The notes under the pieces were generated by a model. That model saw nothing but the letters and a program-made list of their open reading frames with translations, did not search any database and was not told the origin of the DNA. The position numbers were made by a program, and so were the translations under genes. From an uncultured Methanomicrobiales archaeon (GTDB lineage: Archaea > Halobacteriota > Methanomicrobia > Methanomicrobiales > Methanospirillaceae), in assembly GCA_963697895.1 (NCBI GenBank), contig OY969100.1:480001-544000 (forward strand): 64,000 nt of DNA. The letters are read 5' to 3'. Every line of letters begins with the position of its first letter. Positions within the stretch are counted from its first letter, which is position 1. Positions 1 through 8,807 of the stretch are shown piece after piece.

Positions 1-313
1 CGAAACGTTCCTTGACATTACACCGGCACAAGCCGTGATGGGATCTGCGGCGGATGTGGAGACGATCGACCATCGGCAGGTAAACCTGAAAATCCCTTCG
101 GGGATCCAGTATAACACCGCTCTGAAGATCCCTGGTGAGGGAGTTAAAAGGCGGGGAAAACCCGGTGACCTTCTTGTCCGGATCCGGATCAGCGTACCTA
201 AGCATACCTCATCAGAGGAGAAGGAATTATATGAGAAAATTCTTGAAATTGAGGGGAAAAAGGGGGCAGAATCGAAAAAAGGATTTTTTTCAGGAATCAT
301 GGGGAAGAAATAA
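1..313 (+). CDS. dnaJ: Chaperone DnaJ, C-terminal part (gene starts before the window)
   Basis: Frame open from base 2; DnaJ C-terminal motifs LKIPSGIQ...LKIPGEG...GDLLVRI and a KKGFF tail. Confidence 0.88.
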   Translation, partial: ETFLDITPAQAVMGSAADVETIDHRQVNLKIPSGIQYNTALKIPGEGVKRRGKPGDLLVRIRISVPKHTSSEEKELYEKILEIEGKKGAESKKGFFSGIMGKK

Positions 314-490
314 GCAGGGAATGGAAGGGACGGACTCTGTTACCGGTCGCCGATACGTCGGGGATATCTGGTACCGGGTTCTCCCGCTGCATCTCGTAAC
401 AGCGGCATTTTGATGTTTCAGGGTATTATTCACCGGTAAGTGAATGGAGAAAGCACAACGTTCAAGTAGGATAATAAAGGATATCTTTTT

Positions 491-1183
491 ATGTTTCGTG
501 CATTTCTCGTATCGGTTGCATTGATTGCGGCGCTTGCCTGTGGATGTACCTCTCTCACCGGTTCACCGGGTACTATCGCCGTTGTCACGACCCCTCCCGG
601 AGCAGGGATCTATCTCGATGGCGCGTACAAGGGGGTCTCCCCGATGGACGTCACGGGTGTGGTTTCCGGCACGCATACCGTAGAGCTCCGGTTTCCCGAC
701 GGCTATAACTGGTCGACGGAAATACTTGTCTCGAGCGGGGGGACTTCTCATATCGATGTTCAGGCGCCGGTCGGACTGACGACCCCCGAAGCTACTCGGA
801 CCTCTTTTCCTACCTCGACAACCGTGGTGGGATTACTTGTCACAAATATGAAGGGATATCAGGGAGGTGGGAATTATATTACCCGGCTCACCTTTGACCT
901 CGCCCTTGCACCTGGCGAACAGCCAGTCGATCTCTCAAAGGCCACCTTCGAACTGCGGACGGCAGATGAGACCAGCAATCCGTACTGGCAGATCCTCGAC
1001 CGTCGATACGTCTCGACGGATTCTGTTCTTCTCACTGCCGGAGATACCTTCACCATGTCACTGAATACCCCGCAGATACAAGCAGGTGAGACCTTCACCC
1101 TTGTGATTGCTCCGGAGAACCAGGAACCGACCGTATTGATGAAGCAGGTACCTGATCCCATCGGTGTAGTCACCCCTATCTGA
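491..1183 (+). CDS. Lipoprotein with PEGA domain and C-terminal archaellin-like globular domain
   Basis: Signal peptide with lipobox-like LACGC; PEGA motif VTTPPGAGIYLDGAYKGVSP...GTHTV; Thr-rich linker; C-terminus resembles the archaellin head (LAPGEQPVDLSK, W, LLTAGDTF, FTLVIAP, VPDPI). Confidence 0.8.
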   Translation: MFRAFLVSVALIAALACGCTSLTGSPGTIAVVTTPPGAGIYLDGAYKGVSPMDVTGVVSGTHTVELRFPDGYNWSTEILVSSGGTSHIDVQAPVGLTTPEATRTSFPTSTTVVGLLVTNMKGYQGGGNYITRLTFDLALAPGEQPVDLSKATFELRTADETSNPYWQILDRRYVSTDSVLLTAGDTFTMSLNTPQIQAGETFTLVIAPENQEPTVLMKQVPDPIGVVTPI

Positions 1184-1185
1184 AC

Positions 1186-1196
1186 TCTTTTTTTCC
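1186..1196 (+). terminator. Oligo-T archaeal terminator
   Basis: CTCTTTTTTT run right after the stop codon at 1183. Confidence 0.45.
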
Positions 1197-1300
1197 ACCC
1201 AAAGAAATGATTGAGAAGAAGGAGCTGCGGTGGGTGTATGAGACTCATTTTAATGATGATTCGCATCCAAACTCATTTGTTCGGATCATTGAGTGAACAG

Positions 1301-2257
1301 ATGAAACTTATTTTTGAACTGTCGGGGGAACACCCGGATCTCCCTGTTGCGGAACTGATGTGTATCGGTGATGTGAGAGATCGGTGCACTCAGGTGGCGA
1401 TCGTCCAATGCACAGATCCCGACCGGGTGCAGAGACTTGCGATGACCCATGTGGTTCTGGAGTATCTGGGGGAATGCGATGCGGAACTCGGCCGGATAGA
1501 CAATCTCATAAGGGAACTCTCAATTAAATCGGAACGGCCATTTGCAGGAAGGGCCAAGATAATCTCCGGATGTCACGTGGATGCTTCTCGGCAGGAACTC
1601 GAACGGATGATCGGTACCCTTGTCGGTGGCCCCGTTTCACTGGAGAGGCCGGAAGAGGAATTTCGCCTGATTCTCTCGGATGACCGCTGCTATTTCGGCC
1701 GGGTCATCACCCGGATCGACCGGGGGGGGTATGATCAAAGAAAACCCGGCAACAGGAAATTTTTTCATCCAGGTGTTATGATGCCGCGTATTGCCCGCGC
1801 TCTCGTCAATATCTCCTGCATACAGCCGGGAGAAATGCTGGCCGATCCGTTCTGCGGGACCGGGGGAATCCTCCTTGAAGGAGAGATCATGGGAATTTCT
1901 GTGATAGGGAGTGACATAGACCCCCGAATGGTCGAAGGAAGCAGATGTAACGTCCCGGATGCTGAACTTCTTGTTGCAGATTCCGCATACCTCCCCCTGA
2001 AAGATGCATCTGTGGATTCTGTAGTCACCGACCTTCCCTATGGACAATCGGTGAAGGTTGAGGCACACAGCCTCGAAGCGCTCTATTCAGATGCTCTGTC
2101 AGAGATCCGGCGTATCCTGAGACCCGGGAAAAGGGCGGTTGTTGTGACGCACCAGGACATACGGGAACTGGCCTCCGGAATTTTACCTCTCGAAGATTAT
2201 TTCGAGCAACGCGTCCACAAGAGCCTGACCAGACGGATCTGTGTTTTCAGGCGCTGA
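1301..2257 (+). CDS. tRNA (guanine-N2, G10) methyltransferase, THUMP + Rossmann MTase (Trm11/TrmG10 family)
   Basis: MKLIFELSGEHP start; FFHPGVMMPRIARALVN, DPFCGTGG, TDLPYG and RVHKSLTR motifs. Confidence 0.9.
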   Translation: MKLIFELSGEHPDLPVAELMCIGDVRDRCTQVAIVQCTDPDRVQRLAMTHVVLEYLGECDAELGRIDNLIRELSIKSERPFAGRAKIISGCHVDASRQELERMIGTLVGGPVSLERPEEEFRLILSDDRCYFGRVITRIDRGGYDQRKPGNRKFFHPGVMMPRIARALVNISCIQPGEMLADPFCGTGGILLEGEIMGISVIGSDIDPRMVEGSRCNVPDAELLVADSAYLPLKDASVDSVVTDLPYGQSVKVEAHSLEALYSDALSEIRRILRPGKRAVVVTHQDIRELASGILPLEDYFEQRVHKSLTRRICVFRR

Positions 2258-2402
2258 TCGGTTATAGGGAGTATCGCCAGCCAGGATACGAGGAACTCGC
2301 AAAGAACCCAGAAATAGAATACCATATTCTGATTCATTTGTTGAAGAATTTTCCGGGCACCCGTTTTTAGAAAAAAAAGAGTAGGATGATCGGAAAGATT
2401 AA

Positions 2403-3116
2403 CTACTTTGAACCGGGGGCGCCGGTCACGATCGGCAGACCTTGTATAAACTCGGGTATCAACTCGCCGGGAAGGCCCATTACCATCTCGCCATCATCGA
2501 TCCCGGAGAATCGCCGCGAACCGTCGCACCCGAGCGAAAAGTTCGGTCTTCCCGTGAGGTAGGTCTGTGCAGTCGCATCAGAACAGACCGACTGTATCCC
2601 GGAAAACTCGGCAGTAATCCGTCCTCCTGTCCGGAATAAAACCGTCTGTCCGAGTTTCAGCATAGCACGGGGTGAAGCGATGATCAGGACCACGTGCGGA
2701 GCGAAGGGGGTCTTTTCAAGGGGGGCGTATAGGGTGGCGTACGTTGTCTTCGATTCCACGTGAGGTATCCGATCGATTGTCCGCTTACAGGAAGCCCAGC
2801 TTTCGAATTTTCCGAGCCGGAAATAAAACTGTCCCGTTTTCAGGCTTTCTGTAATCTCCCTGAGCCCAAGAGCCCATGATCCGCCCATGCACTCATGATT
2901 TTCCGCGGTTGCATAGAAGATTTTTCCTTCCTTCCGGGCCAGATTCACCATCTGGCAGTGCCGTACCGTCCCCTCCATCTTTGGCATTCCCTCTGGAATC
3001 TCGGCTGCGCCTGTCACCAGTTTGAGAGCCACCGGGGAACCTGCGAGACCCAGTGTCTTCTTGAAAAGGTCAGACGCTGCAGCATAATCGATCTGTGACT
3101 TCGTCATCTCTTCCAT
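2403..3116 (-). CDS. DUF169 family protein
   Basis: SPVALKL, RHCQMV, HECMGG, QSVCSD and SLGCDGSR motifs typical of DUF169; start (3116 or 3107) uncertain. Confidence 0.8.
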   Translation of the reverse strand: MEEMTKSQIDYAAASDLFKKTLGLAGSPVALKLVTGAAEIPEGMPKMEGTVRHCQMVNLARKEGKIFYATAENHECMGGSWALGLREITESLKTGQFYFRLGKFESWASCKRTIDRIPHVESKTTYATLYAPLEKTPFAPHVVLIIASPRAMLKLGQTVLFRTGGRITAEFSGIQSVCSDATAQTYLTGRPNFSLGCDGSRRFSGIDDGEMVMGLPGELIPEFIQGLPIVTGAPGSK

Positions 3117-3187
3117 GTTCAGCACGTCCGTATATGAACACTCCTTACGCTCAATCCTTTTAAGCATGACCCCTAAAAAAAGCTGGT

Positions 3188-3979
3188 TCAAAGCTGCCGC
3201 AGCTTACGGTTCACCTTTTCAAAAAAGTTCTTCCCGGCATCGACAAAGAGTGCGGGCTCCACAGCCCGTCTGACCTGAAGTGTGGCATCGGATCCGAGAT
3301 CTATCGTTTTCTGACCATCGATAACCAACGTTGCCGGTTTCGCACTCTCGAGACGGATCTCGACCGGACGATCGCTGCTGATCAGATGTGGTCTCGAAGA
3401 GAGGAGGAAGGGAGCAAGAGGCACCAGGAGAAATCCCTCGATCCGGGGGTCGACTATCGGCCCACCAGCACTCATGGCATACGCGGTGGATCCGGTCGGG
3501 GTGCTGATAAGTAGGCCGTCGGAACGGAAGCGCTCAGCCGGAACGCCATCAACGATGACGAGAAACCGGAGCATTTTTGCCGGGCGTCCAGTGACTATCA
3601 GCGCCTCATTAAGCGCTTCCCCACAGGATACGCCGTCACGGTAAAGAGCGATCCTCATCCGCTTTTCGGTTGCAAATTCAGAGGAAAGATTCAGGAGAAA
3701 ATCCAGGGATTCCCGGGGCTCCAAATCGGCAAGGAAACCGACTTCGCCCCAGTTGATCCCAATGATCGGTATCTGTTTTTTCATGCGTTGGACAGAGAGA
3801 AGGATAGTCCCGTCACCCCCGACCGCTACTGCGAGATCGCAAACTGATTCCATGCCTGGCAGTCCGTCTGGTCCGGCAATCGTCACGGAATTTCCCGCCC
3901 GCTCGAGGGACCGGCCCAAAGATTCTGTGAATTCAATCGCCCTGTCATCATCTATTCGCGAAATAAGAAGTATTCTCAT
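3188..3979 (-). CDS. nadK: NAD(+) kinase
   Basis: GGDGTIL, GEVGFL, ALNE and [21 protein letters not shown] motifs; GGTGA SD-like element upstream of ATG 3979. Confidence 0.93.
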   Translation of the reverse strand: MRILLISRIDDDRAIEFTESLGRSLERAGNSVTIAGPDGLPGMESVCDLAVAVGGDGTILLSVQRMKKQIPIIGINWGEVGFLADLEPRESLDFLLNLSSEFATEKRMRIALYRDGVSCGEALNEALIVTGRPAKMLRFLVIVDGVPAERFRSDGLLISTPTGSTAYAMSAGGPIVDPRIEGFLLVPLAPFLLSSRPHLISSDRPVEIRLESAKPATLVIDGQKTIDLGSDATLQVRRAVEPALFVDAGKNFFEKVNRKLRQL

Positions 3980-3986
3980 AAACCGA

Positions 3987-4763
3987 TCACCGGAGATATT
4001 CCACAACCTTGTGATGTATGACCCCGTTTGTTGCAATCATACATCTGCCGATGGTCACCTCATCCGGAAAATGAATCACCCGGCCATCCAGATCGGTTAC
4101 TTTTCCCCCTGCCTCGGTACAGATCAGCATCCCCGCTGCGGCATCGGTCACCCGGAGCGTCCCCCGAAGATCGATAAACCCATCAATCCTCCCGCATCCG
4201 ATATAGGATAGTTCAAGGGCGGAGGCGCCGAGAAGGCGCCAGCGACGGATCTTCTGTCCGAGCTGCATCACGCGGCCGGGATTGAATTTCCTGCCATAGA
4301 TGCTCATGGCACTCTCATCCAGACGGGTTATCGAGGAGACCTGTGTACTTCTGCCATTCAGATAAGATCCCTCGTTTTTCAAGGCCGAAAACGTCTCCTG
4401 GTTTGCCAGGTTCCGGACGTAGGCCTTTTTTACGTCTCCTTCTTCGGCATATGCGATTGACAGTGCATAAAATGGGATTCCGACCACTGCATTGTACGTC
4501 CCGTCGATGGGATCCAGGAATATGGTGCCGGTCTCCCCCTCAAACTCCCGCTTTCCCAGTTCCTCACTGATCAGGGTCCGGCAAAGGGGATGATCGGTAA
4601 GATATGCCACGATGCAATCCTCGGCCACCTGGTCCAGCAGACGCGTTGGTGTCTGGTCTGCACCCATCCTAATGATCTGCCCGCCCTCTGGTTCTCCGAC
4701 GAGGTCCCGGATCGCATCCTCAACCGCATGCGCCATTTCATCACAGGACCGGAGGAATTCCAT
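3987..4763 (-). CDS. suhB: Inositol monophosphatase / fructose-1,6-bisphosphatase family phosphatase
   Basis: [20 protein letters not shown] and DAAAG FIG-superfamily motifs. Confidence 0.9.
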   Translation of the reverse strand: MEFLRSCDEMAHAVEDAIRDLVGEPEGGQIIRMGADQTPTRLLDQVAEDCIVAYLTDHPLCRTLISEELGKREFEGETGTIFLDPIDGTYNAVVGIPFYALSIAYAEEGDVKKAYVRNLANQETFSALKNEGSYLNGRSTQVSSITRLDESAMSIYGRKFNPGRVMQLGQKIRRWRLLGASALELSYIGCGRIDGFIDLRGTLRVTDAAAGMLICTEAGGKVTDLDGRVIHFPDEVTIGRCMIATNGVIHHKVVEYLR

Positions 4764-4853
4764 AACATTCCCTGCCTGACTTTACGAGTGTATTTATGTA
4801 ACCGTATACTGATAAATGAGTATTGCATTGAGAAACGCGAGTGTGCACATTCC

Positions 4854-5231
4854 ATGAAAGAACAGACAGAAGTGGGTAAACTGAAAGAAGGCCGATACAT
4901 GGTGATCGAAGATGAACCATGTAAGATAATGGGGATATCCATATCGAAACCGGGAAAACACGGTGCCGCAAAATCGCGTATCGATGCAGTCGGCATTTTT
5001 GACGGCGTGAAGCGATCTGTCGTGTTTCCTGTCTCGACGAAAGTGTATGTTCCGATCGTGGAACGGAAGAGCGGCCAGGTAATTACGATTACCGGGACGA
5101 CAGCCAGCGTTATGGATATGAAGGACTACACGAATTTCGAGATAGAAATTCCCGCTGATAAGATCGGAACGGTAGAGGTTGGAAAAGAGATCACGTACAT
5201 AGAATCTATGGGAAAACGCAAGATCGACTGA
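4854..5231 (+). CDS. eif5a: Translation factor aIF5A
   Basis: SKPGKHGAAK modification-site motif; start at MKEQTEVGKLKEG. Confidence 0.95.
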   Translation: MKEQTEVGKLKEGRYMVIEDEPCKIMGISISKPGKHGAAKSRIDAVGIFDGVKRSVVFPVSTKVYVPIVERKSGQVITITGTTASVMDMKDYTNFEIEIPADKIGTVEVGKEITYIESMGKRKID

Positions 5232-6103
5232 TGTCTCCGACCGGCATCACCCCCATCCGTTCTCAAGCATTCGCGGACTTCGATACACCTTATGATTCGT
5301 CCCGATACGTGCTGGTAGGAGTTCCATTCGATGGCACAACGTCCTTCCGGCCGGGCACACGGGATGGTCCCGGAGCCATCCGAAGGATTTCATACAATTT
5401 CGAATCCTATGTCCCGGAGTATGGCCTTGACCTAGGGGAAGTACCGGTCCATGATATCGGTGATCTCGAGATACCGGTCAGCGCCGAAGAAGTCGTTGCA
5501 ATAGTCGATCGGACGGTTAGTTCGCTCGTATCCGACGGAAAGATCCCTATCATCCTCGGCGGGGAACATACCATCACCGCTGGCGCGGTACGGGCAGTAC
5601 ACCCCGAAGTCTGTGTTATCTGCGACGCCCACCTCGATTTGAGGAGCGAGTATCGGGGAACCCGTTACAACCACGCCTGTACGACAAGACTCATATATGA
5701 TGAAGGGGTGAAGGAGATCTTCATCATCGGAGCCCGGAGCGGGACCCGTGAGCAGTACGCGTTTGCAGAAGGACTTCATCTGTACCCAGCAGATCAGATC
5801 CGCGAAAATGGAATTGCGGGGGTGATCGATGAGATAATGGACTACACAGGTAGGAGGCGAATGTACCTTTCGGTAGATGCTGATGTCATCGATTGCTGTT
5901 TCACCCCCGGGCTCGGAACCCCTGAACCGTTCGGGCTTACCCCTGGCGACATCAGGGATCTGATTATGTCCATCGGGCCCCTGGCAGCGGGATTTGATTA
6001 CACGGAGGTATGTCCCTGCGACCACGGAGAGACGGCCGCTGTGGCAGCTGAGCTCATTAGAATCTTTATCGCAGCGCACTGGTCTGCAGAAAATCGATCA
6101 TAA
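5231..6103 (+). CDS. speB: Agmatinase
   Basis: GVPFDGTTSFRPG, GGEHTIT, DAHLD, DADVID and PGLGTPEPFG ureohydrolase motifs; start overlaps the aIF5A stop. Confidence 0.92.
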   Translation: MSPTGITPIRSQAFADFDTPYDSSRYVLVGVPFDGTTSFRPGTRDGPGAIRRISYNFESYVPEYGLDLGEVPVHDIGDLEIPVSAEEVVAIVDRTVSSLVSDGKIPIILGGEHTITAGAVRAVHPEVCVICDAHLDLRSEYRGTRYNHACTTRLIYDEGVKEIFIIGARSGTREQYAFAEGLHLYPADQIRENGIAGVIDEIMDYTGRRRMYLSVDADVIDCCFTPGLGTPEPFGLTPGDIRDLIMSIGPLAAGFDYTEVCPCDHGETAAVAAELIRIFIAAHWSAENRS

Positions 6104-6184
6104 AATTTTGGACACCAAAACAACGAAACGAAACCGAGGACATTTTCCCGTTAAATCGGATTCAGTTATCCTTTTTTCCTTTTT

Positions 6185-6637
6185 CTATCTCCGGTATAAT
6201 GCCGCGGTATCCCCGTATTGCAGTACATGCCCTCGCATTGCTGCGACCAGTTGATGCTTTGTCGATCCCTGTTCGAGATTGAGTATGGTATCGAGACCCC
6301 ATACTTTGAAGGTATAGCGGTGTGTGTCGCCGGGTGGAGGACAGGGACCGGAATACCCGATACGCCCAAGATCATTCATTCCCTGCACCGCCCTGACCGG
6401 ATCCGCGACAATCCCGGTCTTTGGAATACCCGGTGGTATGACCGGACCGGGAGGCAGATTCCAGATGATCCATGGCGAAAAAGAGCAACAAGATGGCTGG
6501 AATGGATTTACAGCCATTACGGCGACCGAAACGGCTGAAAGACCTTTCAGGGTGATTCGGGGGGAGGTATCCTCACCGTCACAGGTGTGGGAAGGAGGAA
6601 ACTCGAGGAAATCAAGGCTGACGCGGATAAATTCCAT
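6185..6637 (-). CDS. YbhB/YbcL (PEBP / Raf kinase inhibitor-like) protein
   Basis: TCDGEDTSP, WIIWNLP, QGMND and GYSGPCPP...HRYTFKVWGLD motifs. Confidence 0.88.
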   Translation of the reverse strand: MEFIRVSLDFLEFPPSHTCDGEDTSPRITLKGLSAVSVAVMAVNPFQPSCCSFSPWIIWNLPPGPVIPPGIPKTGIVADPVRAVQGMNDLGRIGYSGPCPPPGDTHRYTFKVWGLDTILNLEQGSTKHQLVAAMRGHVLQYGDTAALYRR

Positions 6638-6783
6638 GACAATACCCGGGCAATGCATCGGTTGGATCAATATTCAATCTTCCGGGACGCTATCTATCGG
6701 AATGGTATGCAGTCAGCAATATGCGTCGATTACATCCCTTTTCTCACGACATTTTATGGCCGAAACCGTGAAACTAACGTACG

Positions 6784-7219
6784 ATGACCGGAGTTGACAT
6801 TATCAGATGTTATACTGACGGCGCATCCCGGGGCAATCCCGGGCCCTCGGCATATGCAGTCATTCTGGTGCGGAATAATACCGTGATCGCTGAAAATTCA
6901 GGATATCTGGGTGAAGGAACGAACAACAGTGCAGAATATCAGGCACTGATCCATGCGCTCACCCTCGCGGCCACATATACAACGGGGCCCGTTACCTGTT
7001 ATTCCGACAGCGAACTGGTTGTCAGGCAGTCTGACGGGCAGATATGCGATTCGGAAACCCCATCTGCAGATATTTGCCGAACAGATAGACGCGCTCCGCG
7101 ATCGGTTTTCCCGGGTTGAATTTCATACCGTATCTCGGGAACACCGGTATATCCAGCGAGCCGACCGTTTATGTAACCGGATCCTCGACGAAATGGCTGC
7201 TGGTAAAACCCGGGGATAA
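6784..7219 (+). CDS. rnhA: Ribonuclease HI (apparent 1-nt insertion frameshift at ~7030)
   Basis: YTDGASRGNPG, TNNSAEY and DSELVVRQ in one frame; GRYAIRK...SRE...ADRLCN in the next; removing T7030 joins them. Confidence 0.88.
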
Positions 7220-7409
7220 TATGGCCCGGAAACTGCAAAACATGGTCACGAATGTGGACGGAGAGGAAAATATTTCTCATATTTCCGCTGCACCGGGTAA
7301 ATTCGCCTGCTCAACTCAAGGAAAAGAAGCCATGCCTCCACCTGCAGTTTTTAAGTCATCCGGGGAATACATTAAAAGCACGAAAATAGTCTGCTATCTG
7401 GTATGAGGT

Positions 7410-8288
7410 ATGTACATGGCTGAAAAAACCGACGAATGCCCGTCTGAATGTTCCGAGGACTGCGCCAGCTGTCAAAGTGCGCCCAAAGGACCCCAGGGGC
7501 ATGGATTGCCTCCAAAGGCGGATATCGATGTTAAACACGTAATTTTGGTCTTAAGCGGCAAAGGCGGGGTAGGAAAATCGACAGTCTCGGTTAATCTTGC
7601 CTATGCTCTCTCCAGTCACGGGTATCGTGTCGGGCTCATGGACCTCGACATTCACGGTCCGAATATCCCCAAGATGCTCGGGATCGAGGGACACCGGCTT
7701 ACCACCCTCGGGAATAAGATAGAACCGGTCCGTGTTACCGGAACCCTCAGTGTCATCTCCATGGGTTTTCTCCTTTCGGATCCAAGCACCCCGGTTATCT
7801 GGCGCGGGCCGATGAAGATGAGCGCGATCAGTCAGTTCCTGAGCGAAGTCGACTGGGGCCAGCTGGATTACCTGGTGGTTGATCTCCCCCCCGGCACGGG
7901 GGACGAAGCGCTTTCGATCATACAGCTTGCGCCGAACGTCCGAGGCGCGGTCATCGTTACCACACCGCAGGATGTTGCGACAATGGATGCGCGGAAGGCA
8001 ATCAAGTTCGTCGAACAGCTCGGTATTCCAACCATCGGTGTCATAGAGAACATGAGCGGTCTTGTCTGCCCGCATTGCAAAGAAGAGATTGATCTCTTCG
8101 GGAAAGGCGGAGGGAAAAAAGTTGCCGATGAGATGCATGTCCCGTTCCTCGGTGCAATCCCGATCGACCCGGAGATGAGAAAAGCCGGGGACGAAGGACG
8201 TCCCTATATTCTTCTCCATAAGGACAATGTCACGTGGAAAAGTGTTCAGCAGGTGATGGAGGAACTGGTGAAGGTGGTTGAACAGTAG
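7410..8288 (+). CDS. Mrp/NBP35 family Fe-S cluster carrier ATPase
   Basis: N-terminal Cys cluster; SGKGGVGKST, DLDIHGP, WRGP, DLPPGTGD and ENMS..CPHC motifs. Confidence 0.93.
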   Translation: MYMAEKTDECPSECSEDCASCQSAPKGPQGHGLPPKADIDVKHVILVLSGKGGVGKSTVSVNLAYALSSHGYRVGLMDLDIHGPNIPKMLGIEGHRLTTLGNKIEPVRVTGTLSVISMGFLLSDPSTPVIWRGPMKMSAISQFLSEVDWGQLDYLVVDLPPGTGDEALSIIQLAPNVRGAVIVTTPQDVATMDARKAIKFVEQLGIPTIGVIENMSGLVCPHCKEEIDLFGKGGGKKVADEMHVPFLGAIPIDPEMRKAGDEGRPYILLHKDNVTWKSVQQVMEELVKVVEQ

Positions 8289-8597
8289 ATGGACTATATA
8301 CTCATGCTGCAGGGTAAGGAAGAGCCGCTCAATATCTTTTCAACTATCGCCCCTGCCCTGGAAAATGTTCACCTGCTCCCGGAGATCCTCGAACCGGTCT
8401 ACCGTGAGGCAATCTCATATGACGAAGCCGGACTCGACCGGCTTCGTTTTGCCCTCTTAAGGGTGCAGATCTACGCGGATATTCACCGGAATGAAGACAT
8501 GGAACGGTCGCAGAAGTTGAAGTACGTCGGGCAGGTGCTGGAAAAAGTTATTTTCGGGTCCCTGCTGATGGAACATGAGGAACTCGTAGAAGGATAA
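8289..8597 (+). CDS. Hypothetical protein, translationally coupled to the Mrp gene
   Basis: ATG directly follows the Mrp TAG; 102-aa helical, acidic, protein-like sequence; T-tract downstream. Confidence 0.7.
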   Translation: MDYILMLQGKEEPLNIFSTIAPALENVHLLPEILEPVYREAISYDEAGLDRLRFALLRVQIYADIHRNEDMERSQKLKYVGQVLEKVIFGSLLMEHEELVEG

Positions 8598-8807
8598 ATT
8601 CTCCAGCGCATTTGAGCAGGGTTCTCTTTTTTTAGGGAGGGAAATGTTATTGATTTCCTATTTCAGAGGCGGAATTGCCGGATTAATTCATATAAGCTGA
8701 ACTCGTAGTGTTCACTTTCTCAAATTACCGGGCGGAGAAAGAATCCCCCTGCAGGTGAAAAACGCAAGGTTATATCGAAGAACAAGGGTAACGGGTATAG
8801 TCACCGT

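Noticed and set aside
1211-1300. N-terminal extensions in the ORF track (also aIF5A from 4590, cysteate synthase from 33497, purB from 61868, DUF6125-like from 49216)
   Set aside because: They overlap neighbouring genes or promoters; family homology begins at the downstream ATG
7221-7406. 61-codon ORF filling the rnhA-mrp gap
   Set aside because: No motif, and it contains a TTTTTAAG TATA-like box better explained as the mrp promoter
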